IMG/VR virus record: IMGVR_UViG_3300037010_002844
Coordinates: 245,434-309,433 of that record
DNA: 64,000 bases
Strand: one strand, 5' to 3'
Shown here: in pieces, positions 39,801 to 48,798 of the stretch
How the letters are laid out: the number at the start of each line of letters is the position of its first letter
Position numbering within the stretch: the stretch's first letter is position 1
Notes under the pieces: generated by a model
Told to the model about the DNA's origin: nothing
What the model saw: the letters and a program-made list of their open reading frames with translations, nothing else
Databases searched by the model: none
Made by a program: the position numbers and the translations under genes

Positions 39801-40397
39801 TCACTGGCAATCGGCGGGCTTCCACGCGCGGATCGCGGTGACTGCGTCAGCCTGTGAAATCGCACCCGACTTCAGGCCCGTGTAGACTTTGTCCTCCACC
39901 ACATCCTTCTTGTTGGCATCCGAGAGTGGCTGGGGCCACAGGTTGGTGACGTCGTTGGCGCCGCCGGCGGCCAACGGGATGTAATGGTCGAACTCGTACT
40001 TCGAGTAGTCGGCCTCTGCGATGCCGTAGGCCTTGGCGACGGTGTCCTTCATCTTCTTGGTGATGTGGCGCTGACAGTAGGCGATCTTGCCCGGGTAGCG
40101 CAGCTCCTTAAAGTCAGGATCGTCCTTAGTGCACAGCTTGCCCGGCGTCAACGCAGGATCGGGCAACCGCCGCTTCCCATCTGAGGTAAGACACGGCGTT
40201 GCCACTGAGACCTCGACCGATGAGTCGACCCCTGCGTCCACAGAGGCCTCGACGTCTGCACCGGCGCCAGAAGCGGAAGTAGATGCAGACGCGGAAGAAG
40301 TCACTCCAGTCTCGTAATCGCTGGACGGCAGTGTCGATGACTGGCACGCAACGAACGAGAACACGACTGCAACGGTGAGAATCGATTTCTTTAGCAT
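39801..40397 (-). CDS. Lipoprotein with HNH-like domain
   Basis: Signal + FVAC lipobox, Ser/Ala linker, YEFDHYIPL..GG.N...NLWPQ. Confidence 0.75.
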   Translation of the reverse strand: MLKKSILTVAVVFSFVACQSSTLPSSDYETGVTSSASASTSASGAGADVEASVDAGVDSSVEVSVATPCLTSDGKRRLPDPALTPGKLCTKDDPDFKELRYPGKIAYCQRHITKKMKDTVAKAYGIAEADYSKYEFDHYIPLAAGGANDVTNLWPQPLSDANKKDVVEDKVYTGLKSGAISQADAVTAIRAWKPADCQ

Positions 40398-40404
40398 GCG
40401 CCCA

Positions 40405-40600
40405 TCATACTACGGAGACGGGCTGGTGTTCACTGGCTGGTCGACTGTCTTTTGTGAACAATATTCTTGCCGCAAAAGTCTTAGTTTGAGAGTGACAATT
40501 CTGAACGTACGTGTGATGTCGTGAATCCACAAGCACACTTGATAGAACAGAATCTACCCGATCCATACGACCCATCATGGGGATTCTGACACTTTTCACA
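40405..40600 (-). pseudogene. HNH endonuclease remnant
   Basis: NCHSQTKTF matches the NCHSQTPTF tail of 44788-45285. Confidence 0.5.
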
Positions 40601-40658
40601 CAAACTCATGTTTTACGTGTTCGAACTTAGTTCGAAACACAACTCAGTTCAAGCGGTT

Positions 40659-40734
40659 TGGATCAGGGAGTGGGATTCGAACCCACATTTTTTCCGTTCA
40701 AAGCGGAAGGTCCTGCCGTTAGACGACCCCTGAA
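40659..40734 (-). tRNA. tRNA-Gln(UUG)
   Basis: Loop CTTTGAA. Confidence 0.85.
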
Positions 40735-40822
40735 TGATTCATGCTGCCTTGTCCTGCCTGGTATAGACGATCGATCAACGTGGCTGTAACCTACGTTCCA
40801 ATTGTCCCGAATATTCTCGGGA

Positions 40823-40898
40823 TGGCTGGGAGAGGTGGATTCGAACCACCGTGAGCAGAGTCAAAGTCTGCCATCCTTGCCGCTGAATGATCTCCCAA
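40823..40898 (-). tRNA. tRNA-Gln(UUG)
   Basis: Loop CTTTGAC, GCCA. Confidence 0.9.
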
Positions 40899-40910
40899 TG
40901 TTTACATTTA

Positions 40911-40988
40911 TGGCTGCCCGCCCAGGATTCGAACCTGGATTTTCTACGTTCAGAGCGTAGGGTCCTCCCATTTAGACGACCGGACAAT
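40911..40988 (-). tRNA. tRNA-Gln(CUG)
   Basis: Loop CTCTGAA, GCCA. Confidence 0.88.
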
Positions 40989-40989
40989 A

Positions 40990-41093
40990 AGCGTCACCGT
41001 GGTCTGGATCGAACAGACGTTGCGATAGCAGCCGCATTCGCTTTCGCGTGGTAAGATTCTGTGAACCTCACAACTTTCCTCAAACACGGTGAC
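40990..41093 (-). ncRNA. tRNA-like RNA with 9-bp terminal stem and T-arm but no D/anticodon arm
   Basis: GTCACCGTG/CACGGTGAC; GTCTG-TTCGATC-CAGAC. Confidence 0.55.
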
Positions 41094-41170
41094 TGGCAGG
41101 GGTGCTCGGATTCGAACCGAGACGAGCCGTTTTGGAGGCGGCCATGCTAGCCGTTGAACATCACACCCCT
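41094..41170 (-). tRNA. tRNA-Trp(CCA)
   Basis: Loop CTCCAAA, GCCA. Confidence 0.9.
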
Positions 41171-41191
41171 GTGAACTGAGAAGACGTATCT

Positions 41192-41267
41192 TGGCACCGG
41201 CGAGGGGGATTCGAACCCCGTTTCCGGGTAGACAGCGCGGCGTCCTAGCCACTGAACGACGCCGGCA
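41192..41267 (-). tRNA. tRNA-Asp(GUC)
   Basis: Loop CTGTCTA, GCCA. Confidence 0.8.
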
Positions 41268-41283
41268 TGATGAATGAAGAACT

Positions 41284-41357
41284 TGGCGGAGACGACGGGA
41301 TTCGAACCCGCGTACATTCCCTAGACAGGGGAGTGGCCTCCAGTGGCCCACGCCTCC
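41284..41357 (-). tRNA. tRNA-Asp(GUC)
   Basis: Loop CTGTCTA, GCCA. Confidence 0.85.
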
Positions 41358-41408
41358 AAGAAAACCCGATCACGCTGAGCTTCGCGTCGGGGTCATTAGT
41401 TCGTTCTC

Positions 41409-41453
41409 GCATTCACCTTCCGAGTGTTTAGCCCGGCTCAGGCGGTTACATGC
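41409..41453 (-). ncRNA. Short AGUA/GAA-clamp element (hairpin cargo)
   Basis: GCA-TGTAACC...AGGTGAA-TGC. Confidence 0.5.
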
Positions 41454-41587
41454 GCACCCCATCACAGCGTACCCGACGTGACAAATTCATTCAGCCTTCG
41501 TGAAATGATCATCAATGCGGTGGTACACCACCGGTCAGATGTCCTGTTCAACCCGTGCCTATTCGAGCTTACCACGCTGTGAAGCGT

Positions 41588-41663
41588 CGGTGGAGCTGAT
41601 GGGATTCGAACCCACGACCTCCTGCGTGCAAGGCAGGCGCTCTCCCAGTTGAGCTACAGCCCC
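41588..41663 (-). tRNA. tRNA-Ala(UGC)
   Basis: GGGGCTG, G3:U70, loop CTTGCAC. Confidence 0.93.
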
Positions 41664-41789
41664 AAATGTTCTCGGGTGTCTTTGAAGATACTTCACCAAT
41701 GATTAGATCGAGGGCCTTTTTATCGATCTACACCCAAGATTCGGCTTTCACCTGCAAAAGGCGCCCTCTGCCCAAACGGTTACTGGCTA

Positions 41790-41865
41790 CGGTGGAGCTG
41801 AAGGGATTCGAACCCTCTACCTCCTCGTTGCGAACGAGGCGCTCTCCCAACTGAGCTACAGCCCC
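41790..41865 (-). tRNA. tRNA-Ala(CGC)
   Basis: Loop TTCGCAA. Confidence 0.92.
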
Positions 41866-41945
41866 ATGAAATAGGATTTTTACGATGAACTTTGACCTGA
41901 GAGGCGTTTGTCCGGTGGCCGGGTCTGATCATCACTATTCCATCT

Positions 41946-42021
41946 TGGTGGAGCACAAGGGATTCGAACCCATCACCTCTTGCATGCCGTGCAAGCGCTC
42001 TTCCAACTGAGCTAGTGCCCC
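41946..42021 (-). tRNA. tRNA-Ala(GGC)
   Basis: Loop ACGGCAT, ACCA. Confidence 0.85.
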
Positions 42022-42214
42022 GCGTGCCAACAGTTACTTTGCCCGCCTCATATATGATTTCAGAGGAACATTTCATTTCACCTATTGACTTGTCCGGATC
42101 TGCGTGCATTTTCTCTGTCTAATCCTGACAGGACTTTGTCGCAGCATCCTCAGTAGTTCGGTCGCTATTGGCTTAGCGGCCTAGCAACAGGATAATCCCC
42201 GTGAGGGGGAAGTT

Positions 42215-42973
42215 TCACTTCTTGCGTCTCTCCGTGATCGTGTTGATCTTACCGCCACCACGAACGTTCGACATGCCAAGATCAATCAGGACCAGCGTCC
42301 CATCGTCACGGGTCATCATATTGCCCGCATGGTAGTCGTGAAAGTCGATGCCGAGTTCCGTCAGCGTGTTGAACATGTCGCGGAGACCGTACTTGGTGAC
42401 CAGCGCATTCCACTTGCTGTTGATGTCCTTGACGAACTCTTGAGCCTCTGGCGAGTTCAGGTTGCCGCCGTACTTCTTCTTGACTTGAGAGACGATAAAC
42501 TCCTTCGTCAACTTCTTGGCATTGTCCCAAGAGCCCTCGGCTCGCTTGATCCAGATTGGTAGACCCGTGGCAACAAGAGCGTTATTGAAGGCCTTGGCCT
42601 CGTCCTTCGGAAGCGGTTGCAACTTTTCCTGCAGGATTCCGAAAAATCCCGTGTCGCCAAAGCGCCACACCGCGTAGAAGTGAACGACGTTCTTGATGTC
42701 CTTACCTACCAGCGCCGAGGCTGCCTCAGCCTCCTTGTCGTCATTGGTCACCTTCAGGACCTTGCCCCCGCCGATGTCCAAGGCGGTTCCACGCGTTCCC
42801 GTTCCGAGAACAGGCAGTGAATCGATCTTGTTGACGTTGAGACCCAACTTGGCCATGCCCTTTGGGAACTTCTTCAACAGTTCCTTGGACTTATCAGCAT
42901 CGATCGCCTCACCTTCGCGGATGAGGATCTCGAGCAGCGTCCTAAGCCTACCTACCGTGATGACGATTGCCAT
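42215..42973 (-). CDS. Protein kinase-like (Ser/Thr/APH fold) with N-terminal leader motif
   Basis: LGTGTRG, VLKVT..E, DYHAGNMM, LIDLG; N-terminus MAIVITVGRLRTLLEILIRE. Confidence 0.85.
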   Translation of the reverse strand: MAIVITVGRLRTLLEILIREGEAIDADKSKELLKKFPKGMAKLGLNVNKIDSLPVLGTGTRGTALDIGGGKVLKVTNDDKEAEAASALVGKDIKNVVHFYAVWRFGDTGFFGILQEKLQPLPKDEAKAFNNALVATGLPIWIKRAEGSWDNAKKLTKEFIVSQVKKKYGGNLNSPEAQEFVKDINSKWNALVTKYGLRDMFNTLTELGIDFHDYHAGNMMTRDDGTLVLIDLGMSNVRGGGKINTITERRKK

Positions 42974-42991
42974 GCAATAGGTTATTCGTTT

Positions 42992-43066
42992 TGGTGTGCC
43001 TGGAGGGATTTAAGCCGAACGTCTCTGGATTATGGGCCCCAGCGGGAACCGTCCCTCCTCCGGGTC
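42992..43066 (-). pseudogene. Degenerate tRNA(CAU)
   Basis: Loop CCCATAA, ACCA end, broken T-arm. Confidence 0.5.
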
Positions 43067-43076
43067 AATCTAATAC

Positions 43077-43152
43077 TGGTAGCGGGAGACGGAATCGAAC
43101 CGCCGACCTCTAGGTTATGAGCCTAGCAAGCTACCGCTGCTCTATCCCGCTA
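43077..43152 (-). tRNA. tRNA-Met(CAU), initiator-like
   Basis: GCGGGA-TAGAGCAG.GGTAGCT, loop CTCATAA, 1:72 mismatch. Confidence 0.88.
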
Positions 43153-43162
43153 TGATCTATCT

Positions 43163-43237
43163 AGGTGGGTCCGGAGGTAATCGAAACCCCACGCGCCAGT
43201 TTAAAAGACTGGTCTCTTCCACTTGAGTTACGGACCC
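43163..43237 (-). tRNA. tRNA-Lys(UUU)
   Basis: Loop CTTTTAA. Confidence 0.85.
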
Positions 43238-43240
43238 AAT

Positions 43241-43341
43241 ATCACACCTTTCACCTGCTACCCCCGGATTCGAACCGAGGTCTTGCAGGTTCAAAGCCTG
43301 CTGTGCTACCATCACACTCGCATTTGGTTACTTGCTGTGAC
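43241..43341 (-). ncRNA. AGUA/GAA-clamp element with tRNA-Gln(UUG) cargo
   Basis: TCACA/TGTGA, AGTAACC...AGGTGAA; intact D, anticodon (CTTTGAA) and T arms, no acceptor/CCA. Confidence 0.7.
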
Positions 43342-43417
43342 TGGTGCGCGAGGGTGGAGTTGAACCACCGACCCCCAAGGATAATCCTTGGTGCTCTTCT
43401 GCCTGAGCTACTCGCAC
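43342..43417 (-). tRNA. tRNA with non-canonical anticodon loop (GA-TTA-TC)
   Basis: Intact body with ACCA; CCAAGGA-TTA-TCCTTGG. Confidence 0.7.
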
Positions 43418-43418
43418 A

Positions 43419-43493
43419 TGGTGGGGAGGGCAGGACTTGAACCTACGACCCCCGGCTTATTCTGCCGGCGCTCTTTCACTGAGCTACCTCCCC
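43419..43493 (-). tRNA. tRNA with non-canonical loop AG-AAT-AA
   Basis: Intact body with ACCA; lacks U33. Confidence 0.7.
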
Positions 43494-43538
43494 GTGACCG
43501 TCACTGTACCCTGTCCGCTAGAACGTGTACACTGACTT

Positions 43539-43615
43539 AGTGCGTCTGGTGGGATTCGAACCCACGACCTTCTAGGTAAGAACTAGTTGCTCTGGTTCCA
43601 CTGAGCTACAAGCGC
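43539..43615 (-). tRNA. tRNA-Lys(CUU)
   Basis: Loop TTCTTAC. Confidence 0.85.
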
Positions 43616-43621
43616 ATGAAT

Positions 43622-43676
43622 GATCGAACCTCACCTTCGACTTCATGTGTCGTGTTGAGTGGTTACTATTCGATCG
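43622..43676 (-). ncRNA. Short AGUA/GAA-clamp element (hairpin cargo)
   Basis: GATCGAA/TTCGATC, AGTAACC...AGGTGAG. Confidence 0.55.
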
Positions 43677-43752
43677 GTCGGTCCGGCGGGATTCGAACCC
43701 GCACCTGTCTCCTTAAGAGGGAGCTATGCAATACCAGTAACACCTCGGACCG
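43675..43752 (-). tRNA. tRNA-Lys(CUU)
   Basis: Loop CTCTTAA. Confidence 0.82.
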
Positions 43753-43871
43753 AGGTTGCGACGGAAGTTCTGCTGAGAGTTTGGCCGTCGCTCCGTGGGC
43801 TCTCATGTCTGCGCCATCGCAAGGCTACCGCTCCCACGATTACGGAGTCTGCGGTTTGTCTTGCTGACGGC

Positions 43872-43959
43872 TGGCTCACAGGGCAGGATTCGAACCCGCG
43901 TTAGGCTTTCACCGTTACGGGTTAACAGCCCGCTGCCTGGCCACTAGGCTACCTGTGAA
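43872..43959 (-). tRNA. tRNA-Asn(GUU) with long variable arm
   Basis: Loop CTGTTAA; variable GGT-GAAA-GCC hairpin. Confidence 0.82.
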
Positions 43960-43977
43960 TGATGATCCCAAAGGATC

Positions 43978-44067
43978 TGGCTGCGTCGGAAGGAGTCGAA
44001 CCCTCATCCCCTCGATTAACAGTCGAGTGCACTGCCTCTCCGGCTTTACGGTTGTGCTACGACGCAA
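43978..44067 (-). tRNA. tRNA-Asn(GUU) with D-loop insertion
   Basis: Loop CTGTTAA; extra CCG-TAAAGC-CGG hairpin in the D-loop. Confidence 0.8.
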
Positions 44068-44142
44068 TGGCTCCGGCACAAGGATTCGAACCTCGATGAT
44101 CTAGTAAACAGCTAGACGTCCTCCCGTTGAACGATACCGGAA
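44068..44142 (-). tRNA. tRNA-Asn(GUU)
   Basis: Loop CTGTTTA, GCCA. Confidence 0.85.
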
Positions 44143-44143
44143 T

Positions 44144-44220
44144 GTGGCCCCCGAGGACGGATTCGATACCGTCATATCCGACCTAAGGCGGCCGGCGCTC
44201 GAGCTTGAGCTACTCAGGGA
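44144..44220 (-). tRNA. tRNA body with undetermined 8-nt anticodon loop
   Basis: CCGGC-CGCCTTAG-GTCGG, GCCA end. Confidence 0.5.
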
Positions 44221-44221
44221 T

Positions 44222-44251
44222 TTGGAACGTAGATTGTCAGAGAACAAGGAA
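44222..44251 (-). promoter_or_regulatory. boxA-like antitermination element
   Basis: 30-nt near-identical copy of 20187-20216. Confidence 0.6.
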
Positions 44252-44267
44252 AGGCATGCACCTTGCC

Positions 44268-44357
44268 TGGTGTAGCGGGTGGGATTCGAACCCACAATGT
44301 TCACCACATTGGGACCCGGGTTACAGCCGGGCGAGCACACCGTTGCTCAACCGCTAC
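44268..44357 (-). tRNA. tRNA-Tyr(GUA)
   Basis: Loop CTGTAAC, long variable arm. Confidence 0.87.
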
Positions 44358-44380
44358 ATACAGTCGATCATCGAGATGAT

Positions 44381-44465
44381 CGGTGGAGTGCCTAGGAGTC
44401 GAACCTAGTTGTGCACAGCAAACTGATTTACAGTCAGCCCCCGAGCCCTACGGGACTAGCACTCC
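44381..44465 (-). tRNA. tRNA-Tyr(GUA)
   Basis: Loop CTGTAAA, long variable arm. Confidence 0.87.
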
Positions 44466-44685
44466 ATTTGGAGGACCCACTGCTGTCGACCACCGGTTCA
44501 GTTTCGATTTTGGCTTCTTCCTGCCATCATCTCAGCTGCCCCGGAAGCGGACGGGGCAGCGAGGCCCCCATCACACTTGCGTATTGGCATACGCGGTGGC
44601 ATTATCTTGCCACTGCTTCTGCTGATACTGCTTGTTGACGTTCGTTTTCATGACAGTTTCTTCTTCGTACGACCCTTACGGGCTT

Positions 44686-44761
44686 GGTCGACCGGGGGAG
44701 AGTCGAACTCCCGACAACACGTGTATCAGACGTGTGCTCTAACCGACTGAGCTACCGGTCG
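44686..44761 (-). tRNA. tRNA-Ile(GAU)
   Basis: Loop CTGATAC, ACCA; first gene after promoter. Confidence 0.9.
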
Positions 44762-44787
44762 GTTGCTGTTACTGTAAGGATACTCTA

Positions 44788-45285
44788 TCAGGTTTCAGTT
44801 TCTTGTACACACTCTTTTTTAGTTTCGAGTACTTTTTGTCTTCCATGACGTTTGCGGTTCTTCCAACCGAAGGTTGGTGTTTGAGAATGACAGTTAGGAC
44901 ACAAGAACCTTAGGTTGGTTCGTTCTTGATTCCTGTTGTCGCCGTCAATGTGATCAACCTGCAATGTCAATGACCTGCCGTTGTGAACAGGCGGTTGGCC
45001 GCAACACTCACATCGATAATCACGGCCAATTTCTAGAAGGAGATCTCGTAGATTTCCAGGTTTCTCACGATCCTTCACCAGGATTTCATCGATTGATTTT
45101 GATCGCCGGCCTCGGTTCCAGGCATGGCGTGTTCCGTCCTTGTAACCACGATTTGGATCGCCACCTTCATGAACTTGCCAGATGTGGGCTCGCAGGCCCA
45201 TTAACTTGAAAGTACGTGGACAGTGTGGGCAAGGATAAGTTAGAGCACTCGATTGCTTCATCCACTCTAATGATAACAGTTTCAC
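44788..45285 (-). CDS. HNH homing endonuclease with N-terminal C2H2 finger
   Basis: CPHC...H...H; CECCG...LQVDHIDGD...NLRFLCPNCHSQT. Confidence 0.9.
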   Translation of the reverse strand: MKLLSLEWMKQSSALTYPCPHCPRTFKLMGLRAHIWQVHEGGDPNRGYKDGTRHAWNRGRRSKSIDEILVKDREKPGNLRDLLLEIGRDYRCECCGQPPVHNGRSLTLQVDHIDGDNRNQERTNLRFLCPNCHSQTPTFGWKNRKRHGRQKVLETKKECVQETET

Positions 45286-45306
45286 CCTACTGCTTCAGTT
45301 TTTCGC

Positions 45307-45687
45307 CTAAGCTTGCTTTTTTCTCTTCTGGGGACCCCGCGTGATCGTCAGCACGGAGTTGTCAGCGCGGATGCGACCCTTGTCGTTGCGCTCTTCACCT
45401 TGCCACCGGATCGTGCCTGTCACGGTCACGCCCCAGGGCTCAAGGTGACGGTCGATGATGTGGTTCAACCACTCAATGTAGTTGTAGAACTTCTCGCCGC
45501 CATCCCACTCTAGGTACTTGCGATCGCCCGTGACGATCCATTGGCAGTAGTAGCCAGGAAACGCCGGGTCCTCGGCAATGTTGCCGCCATGACGGGTTTC
45601 TGCCAGCTCGTGCATGACGGCAGACTCAACCTCGGTCAGTTGACGTGAGAACTTGAGGCGGCCTCTGAACTCGGTGGTGTAACCCAT
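45307..45687 (-). CDS. Conserved phage hypothetical protein
   Basis: MGYTTEF.G...PGYYCQW...WDGGEKFY.Y.EWL. Confidence 0.75.
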   Translation of the reverse strand: MGYTTEFRGRLKFSRQLTEVESAVMHELAETRHGGNIAEDPAFPGYYCQWIVTGDRKYLEWDGGEKFYNYIEWLNHIIDRHLEPWGVTVTGTIRWQGEERNDKGRIRADNSVLTITRGPQKRKKQA

Positions 45688-45869
45688 GACTGTTACTCTA
45701 ACACGGTCGTCTGAAGGTTTACACTGCCTCTTGTGAGGGCTTCAGGCGCTCTCACGACGTCGAAATCTCACCGCCATCATATAGACGACCCAGACGATCA
45801 TCGCCAATGCGTGAATGAAGTCAATGTATCACGCAATGCCGGGAGGTTGCATCATCACCAGTCGTCCCT

Positions 45870-47375
45870 CTAGTCATAGTTGTTATTCCATTCGACCTTA
45901 AAGACCTTGATGGGTCCGATGCCAACAACCTCTTTTTCATCTGGGAATTCATTGAAGCCGTCGACCTTGTAAAGCCCACCAGGACCCGTCAGGAAACGCT
46001 TTGGATTCTGTTCTGTCTTTGCGTGTAGGATGACGTTGAAGTTTCCATCACCCGAGCTCTTGAAGCCCTGTGCGACACTCTTGCTGGTCGACCACGAGGA
46101 CGAGCCACCCCGTGGAGTGAATGTAAACGACTTGGTCACAGAACCGTGATTAGACAGCTTCTTGACCTTCAGTGCCATCTTCAACCAGTCGGCGTTGACC
46201 GACATGCCACGATAGATGCTGCCGTTGGGCTCGTGAAAGACATCCTCGTACCATCCTTTATCGAGGAAGGTCTTCAGCAACTTGGCGTCTGCAGCGTTAA
46301 GTGGCTCGTTCTCGTTAAAGTGAGCGCTGATGTCGTTGTATAGCTCTTCTTCGCGTTCAGTGTCAGCCTCGAACGGTTTATTCTTACGGTGTCCCGGAAA
46401 GGCAAGCCGACCCAGGGGTGCCTTGGGCGGCGCCTCGGCAGCCTTCTCGACCTGTTCTTTTTCCTTGGCGATGATCTTCGGAACCTTCGCCAGGTCTGGC
46501 GGCAATGCGCGAAGGTTCGTCAGGAACCCGTCAAGCTGGTTCATCATGTTCTTTTTGCTAAATTCGTGGTTTGCCTTCTTGACCTGCGAAAACTTGAAGT
46601 CAAACAGCTTAACGATCTTGGCGACCGCGACCTTGGAGCTAAACTTTCCGTGAAAGTCATCCATGACTTGAGCATCACGTAGGACGCTCAATGATCCTAG
46701 CCGAGAGAACAAATTCTCTGCACGCGCCTTAGCGTTTTCACCTGAGCCATCGCGGGGCATGATGACATCGCGCAATTCTTGACTTCCGGCTAGCATCTCA
46801 GCGACCGTGGTTGCGAGTTCAACCACTTCGGCCTTCAACTTGGGATCGCCGGTAACAAACGCCTTCTCAAGCGTGGCATGTTGGACCAACGCTTTTTTCG
46901 CCAAGACTTCAAACTTGGCGAGCGAAGCAGACATGACCTCGGCGGTGGGTGCCGCGAGCGCTGCGACCGCAGTAGACAAGGCCTTGATGGCCTTCGCGGC
47001 CTTCTGCAGGCCCATCGCATCGACTACGACGTTGGTCGCTATCCTTTCCGTTCCGTGCTCGCCATAGATGACGCTATAAATGAACTCATTGACCTCAGCT
47101 TGAGGATCGGGATAGCTCGTCACAGCAGGAATGTGTGCATTGACGATTTTGCGAGCCTTCTCGTAAAACTTCTGAATGCCGTCGTACCACTTCTTGTTGA
47201 AGTCTGTCAGAGTACTTGTATTGCTGATCGAGTTGAACAACTTCTTGTATTTCTTCTCAAGTTCAGCGATCGGCTTGATCGCCTGAATCAAGGGGTCAAG
47301 CAGGCTCGGCATTTGAGCCCTCTTTGTTAGAGGCGACTTCTTGATCGAAGGAACAGACTTGAAGGGCGGCGGCAC
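45870..47375 (-). CDS. ADP-ribosyltransferase (R-S-E class, Alt/Mod-like) with large helical N-terminus
   Basis: IYRGM, SSWSTS..VA..F, EKEVV in the C-terminal domain; ATATTTA 5 nt before GTG. Confidence 0.78.
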   Translation of the reverse strand: MPPPFKSVPSIKKSPLTKRAQMPSLLDPLIQAIKPIAELEKKYKKLFNSISNTSTLTDFNKKWYDGIQKFYEKARKIVNAHIPAVTSYPDPQAEVNEFIYSVIYGEHGTERIATNVVVDAMGLQKAAKAIKALSTAVAALAAPTAEVMSASLAKFEVLAKKALVQHATLEKAFVTGDPKLKAEVVELATTVAEMLAGSQELRDVIMPRDGSGENAKARAENLFSRLGSLSVLRDAQVMDDFHGKFSSKVAVAKIVKLFDFKFSQVKKANHEFSKKNMMNQLDGFLTNLRALPPDLAKVPKIIAKEKEQVEKAAEAPPKAPLGRLAFPGHRKNKPFEADTEREEELYNDISAHFNENEPLNAADAKLLKTFLDKGWYEDVFHEPNGSIYRGMSVNADWLKMALKVKKLSNHGSVTKSFTFTPRGGSSSWSTSKSVAQGFKSSGDGNFNVILHAKTEQNPKRFLTGPGGLYKVDGFNEFPDEKEVVGIGPIKVFKVEWNNNYD

Positions 47376-47570
47376 AGGACTAAATATTCAGAGCGCTCGT
47401 CACTTCTTTTTGGGAGTTACCCCGTTCAGCACCTCGTCGGCTGCCACAATAACCGTGACGATGGCTGCACCCAACTTGAACCACGCCAAGACGCGGGGCG
47501 TGCGAAGCGAGGCGACAATACGAACGACCTTCTTCAGTGCATCCTTGTAGTCCATTTCAGATGTATCTCC

Positions 47571-47969
47571 TCAGGCTGGCTCGCGCCACCGTGAATGACG
47601 TTTTTCTAGCAGCGCGGCAATGACCTCTTGAGCGCGCTCGTCCAAGTTCTTGGCATCGTGGTGGATGCCCTTCGTGTTGTTGCAACGCTCGCACGCCAGC
47701 GCCAAATTGTGCAAGTCGGTTCCACTGCCGCCCGCTGTCAGCGGCATAATGTGCTCAATGGTGGCCTCAGTGCGTCCTGACATCGTCACGGTCAACATGG
47801 TGCCGCAGTGGATGCACTTTCCCACGTGAATCGACGGGTCAGTGTAGCCCACATAGAAGCTGTTGTCGGTCCGGACGATGTCGAGCACCAATTGTTCCCT
47901 TGAAGAACCTTTCGGCCTCGGGTCAGTGGCTTCTGCCTTCGACTTTTTGCCTTTTTTCTTGAGGCCCAT
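47571..47969 (-). CDS. HNH endonuclease
   Basis: CIHCG...TIEHIMP...GG.....NLALACERCNN.KG. Confidence 0.88.
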   Translation of the reverse strand: MGLKKKGKKSKAEATDPRPKGSSREQLVLDIVRTDNSFYVGYTDPSIHVGKCIHCGTMLTVTMSGRTEATIEHIMPLTAGGSGTDLHNLALACERCNNTKGIHHDAKNLDERAQEVIAALLEKRHSRWREPA

Positions 47970-48007
47970 GGTGTCAACAATACCATGGTCGGAATGTGGC
48001 GTTCAAC

Positions 48008-48376
48008 CTACTTAGGCGGTGCTTGCCCCTCGGGCGTTTCTGCTTCGCCTTCAGTACCTTCTTTGCCCGTGAGTTCATCGGCAGGCATCCCGTCAGGCGC
48101 GTCCTCGCCCGGCGTGTTGACCGCGTTATCGGACGGGGGCTTCTGGCCGATGTAGACGGCCGCATCATCGGGTCGAAATGGGTCGCCGTCGCCGCCCATG
48201 GGTCGACCAGGCGACTTGTACCAAAATCCGTGGATGTCAGCGCCACGCTCAATTTCGTATGGATAGAACCCGTCGGGTTTGGTCGGATCGGTGCCCGAGG
48301 CACCGGTGGGTCCGCCGAACTCGCGAAGCAGGACGCCACGGATGATGCGACGGAGTTCGCCAAGCCTGATCCTCAT
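48008..48376 (-). CDS. Protein with MRIRLGELRRIIR leader
   Basis: Leader motif, Pro/Gly/acidic body. Confidence 0.72.
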   Translation of the reverse strand: MRIRLGELRRIIRGVLLREFGGPTGASGTDPTKPDGFYPYEIERGADIHGFWYKSPGRPMGGDGDPFRPDDAAVYIGQKPPSDNAVNTPGEDAPDGMPADELTGKEGTEGEAETPEGQAPPK

Positions 48377-48798
48377 CGCCGTGCCCCTTCACGGCGAGCG
48401 GCAGAGCGATGCTTGAAGGCCGACTGCTCGGCCTCGATGGCCCGTTCGTCGCAGTCATTGGCTGACTTGTTGTCGCCCAACTTAGCGAACAACGTGGAGG
48501 CCTTGTTGAAGTATCCGTAGGCACGCATGAAGGTGTTGTCCGCGTGGAGGTAATCGGACCGCGAGGCATAACCCTGGGCAACTGACATGGCCTTAAGGCC
48601 ACGCTCACGGTAGAACTCGGCCTCGTGTCGACCGGGATCGAGCTGACCCGATTCTTCCTCATCGACCTCACCGAGGCGCTCGAGGTCCTCTTCATCCGCG
48701 GGTTCACCGCTGTTGGCGGCCCACTTGCCGGGCGGAACGGCCTCCTGGTTGAGCGCCTCACGAATGATCTGGCGAATGCCGGAAAACGTCGATGCCAT
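48373..48798 (-). CDS. Protein with IRQIIREAL leader
   Basis: ATAGTTA 5 nt before ATG of MASTFSGIRQIIREAL. Confidence 0.68.
   Translation of the reverse strand: MASTFSGIRQIIREALNQEAVPPGKWAANSGEPADEEDLERLGEVDEEESGQLDPGRHEAEFYRERGLKAMSVAQGYASRSDYLHADNTFMRAYGYFNKASTLFAKLGDNKSANDCDERAIEAEQSAFKHRSAARREGARR

Noticed and set aside
42030-42210. Possible additional structured RNA upstream of the Ala tRNAs
   Set aside because: Some pairing (ATCCTG/CAGGAT) but no recognisable motif or clear boundaries
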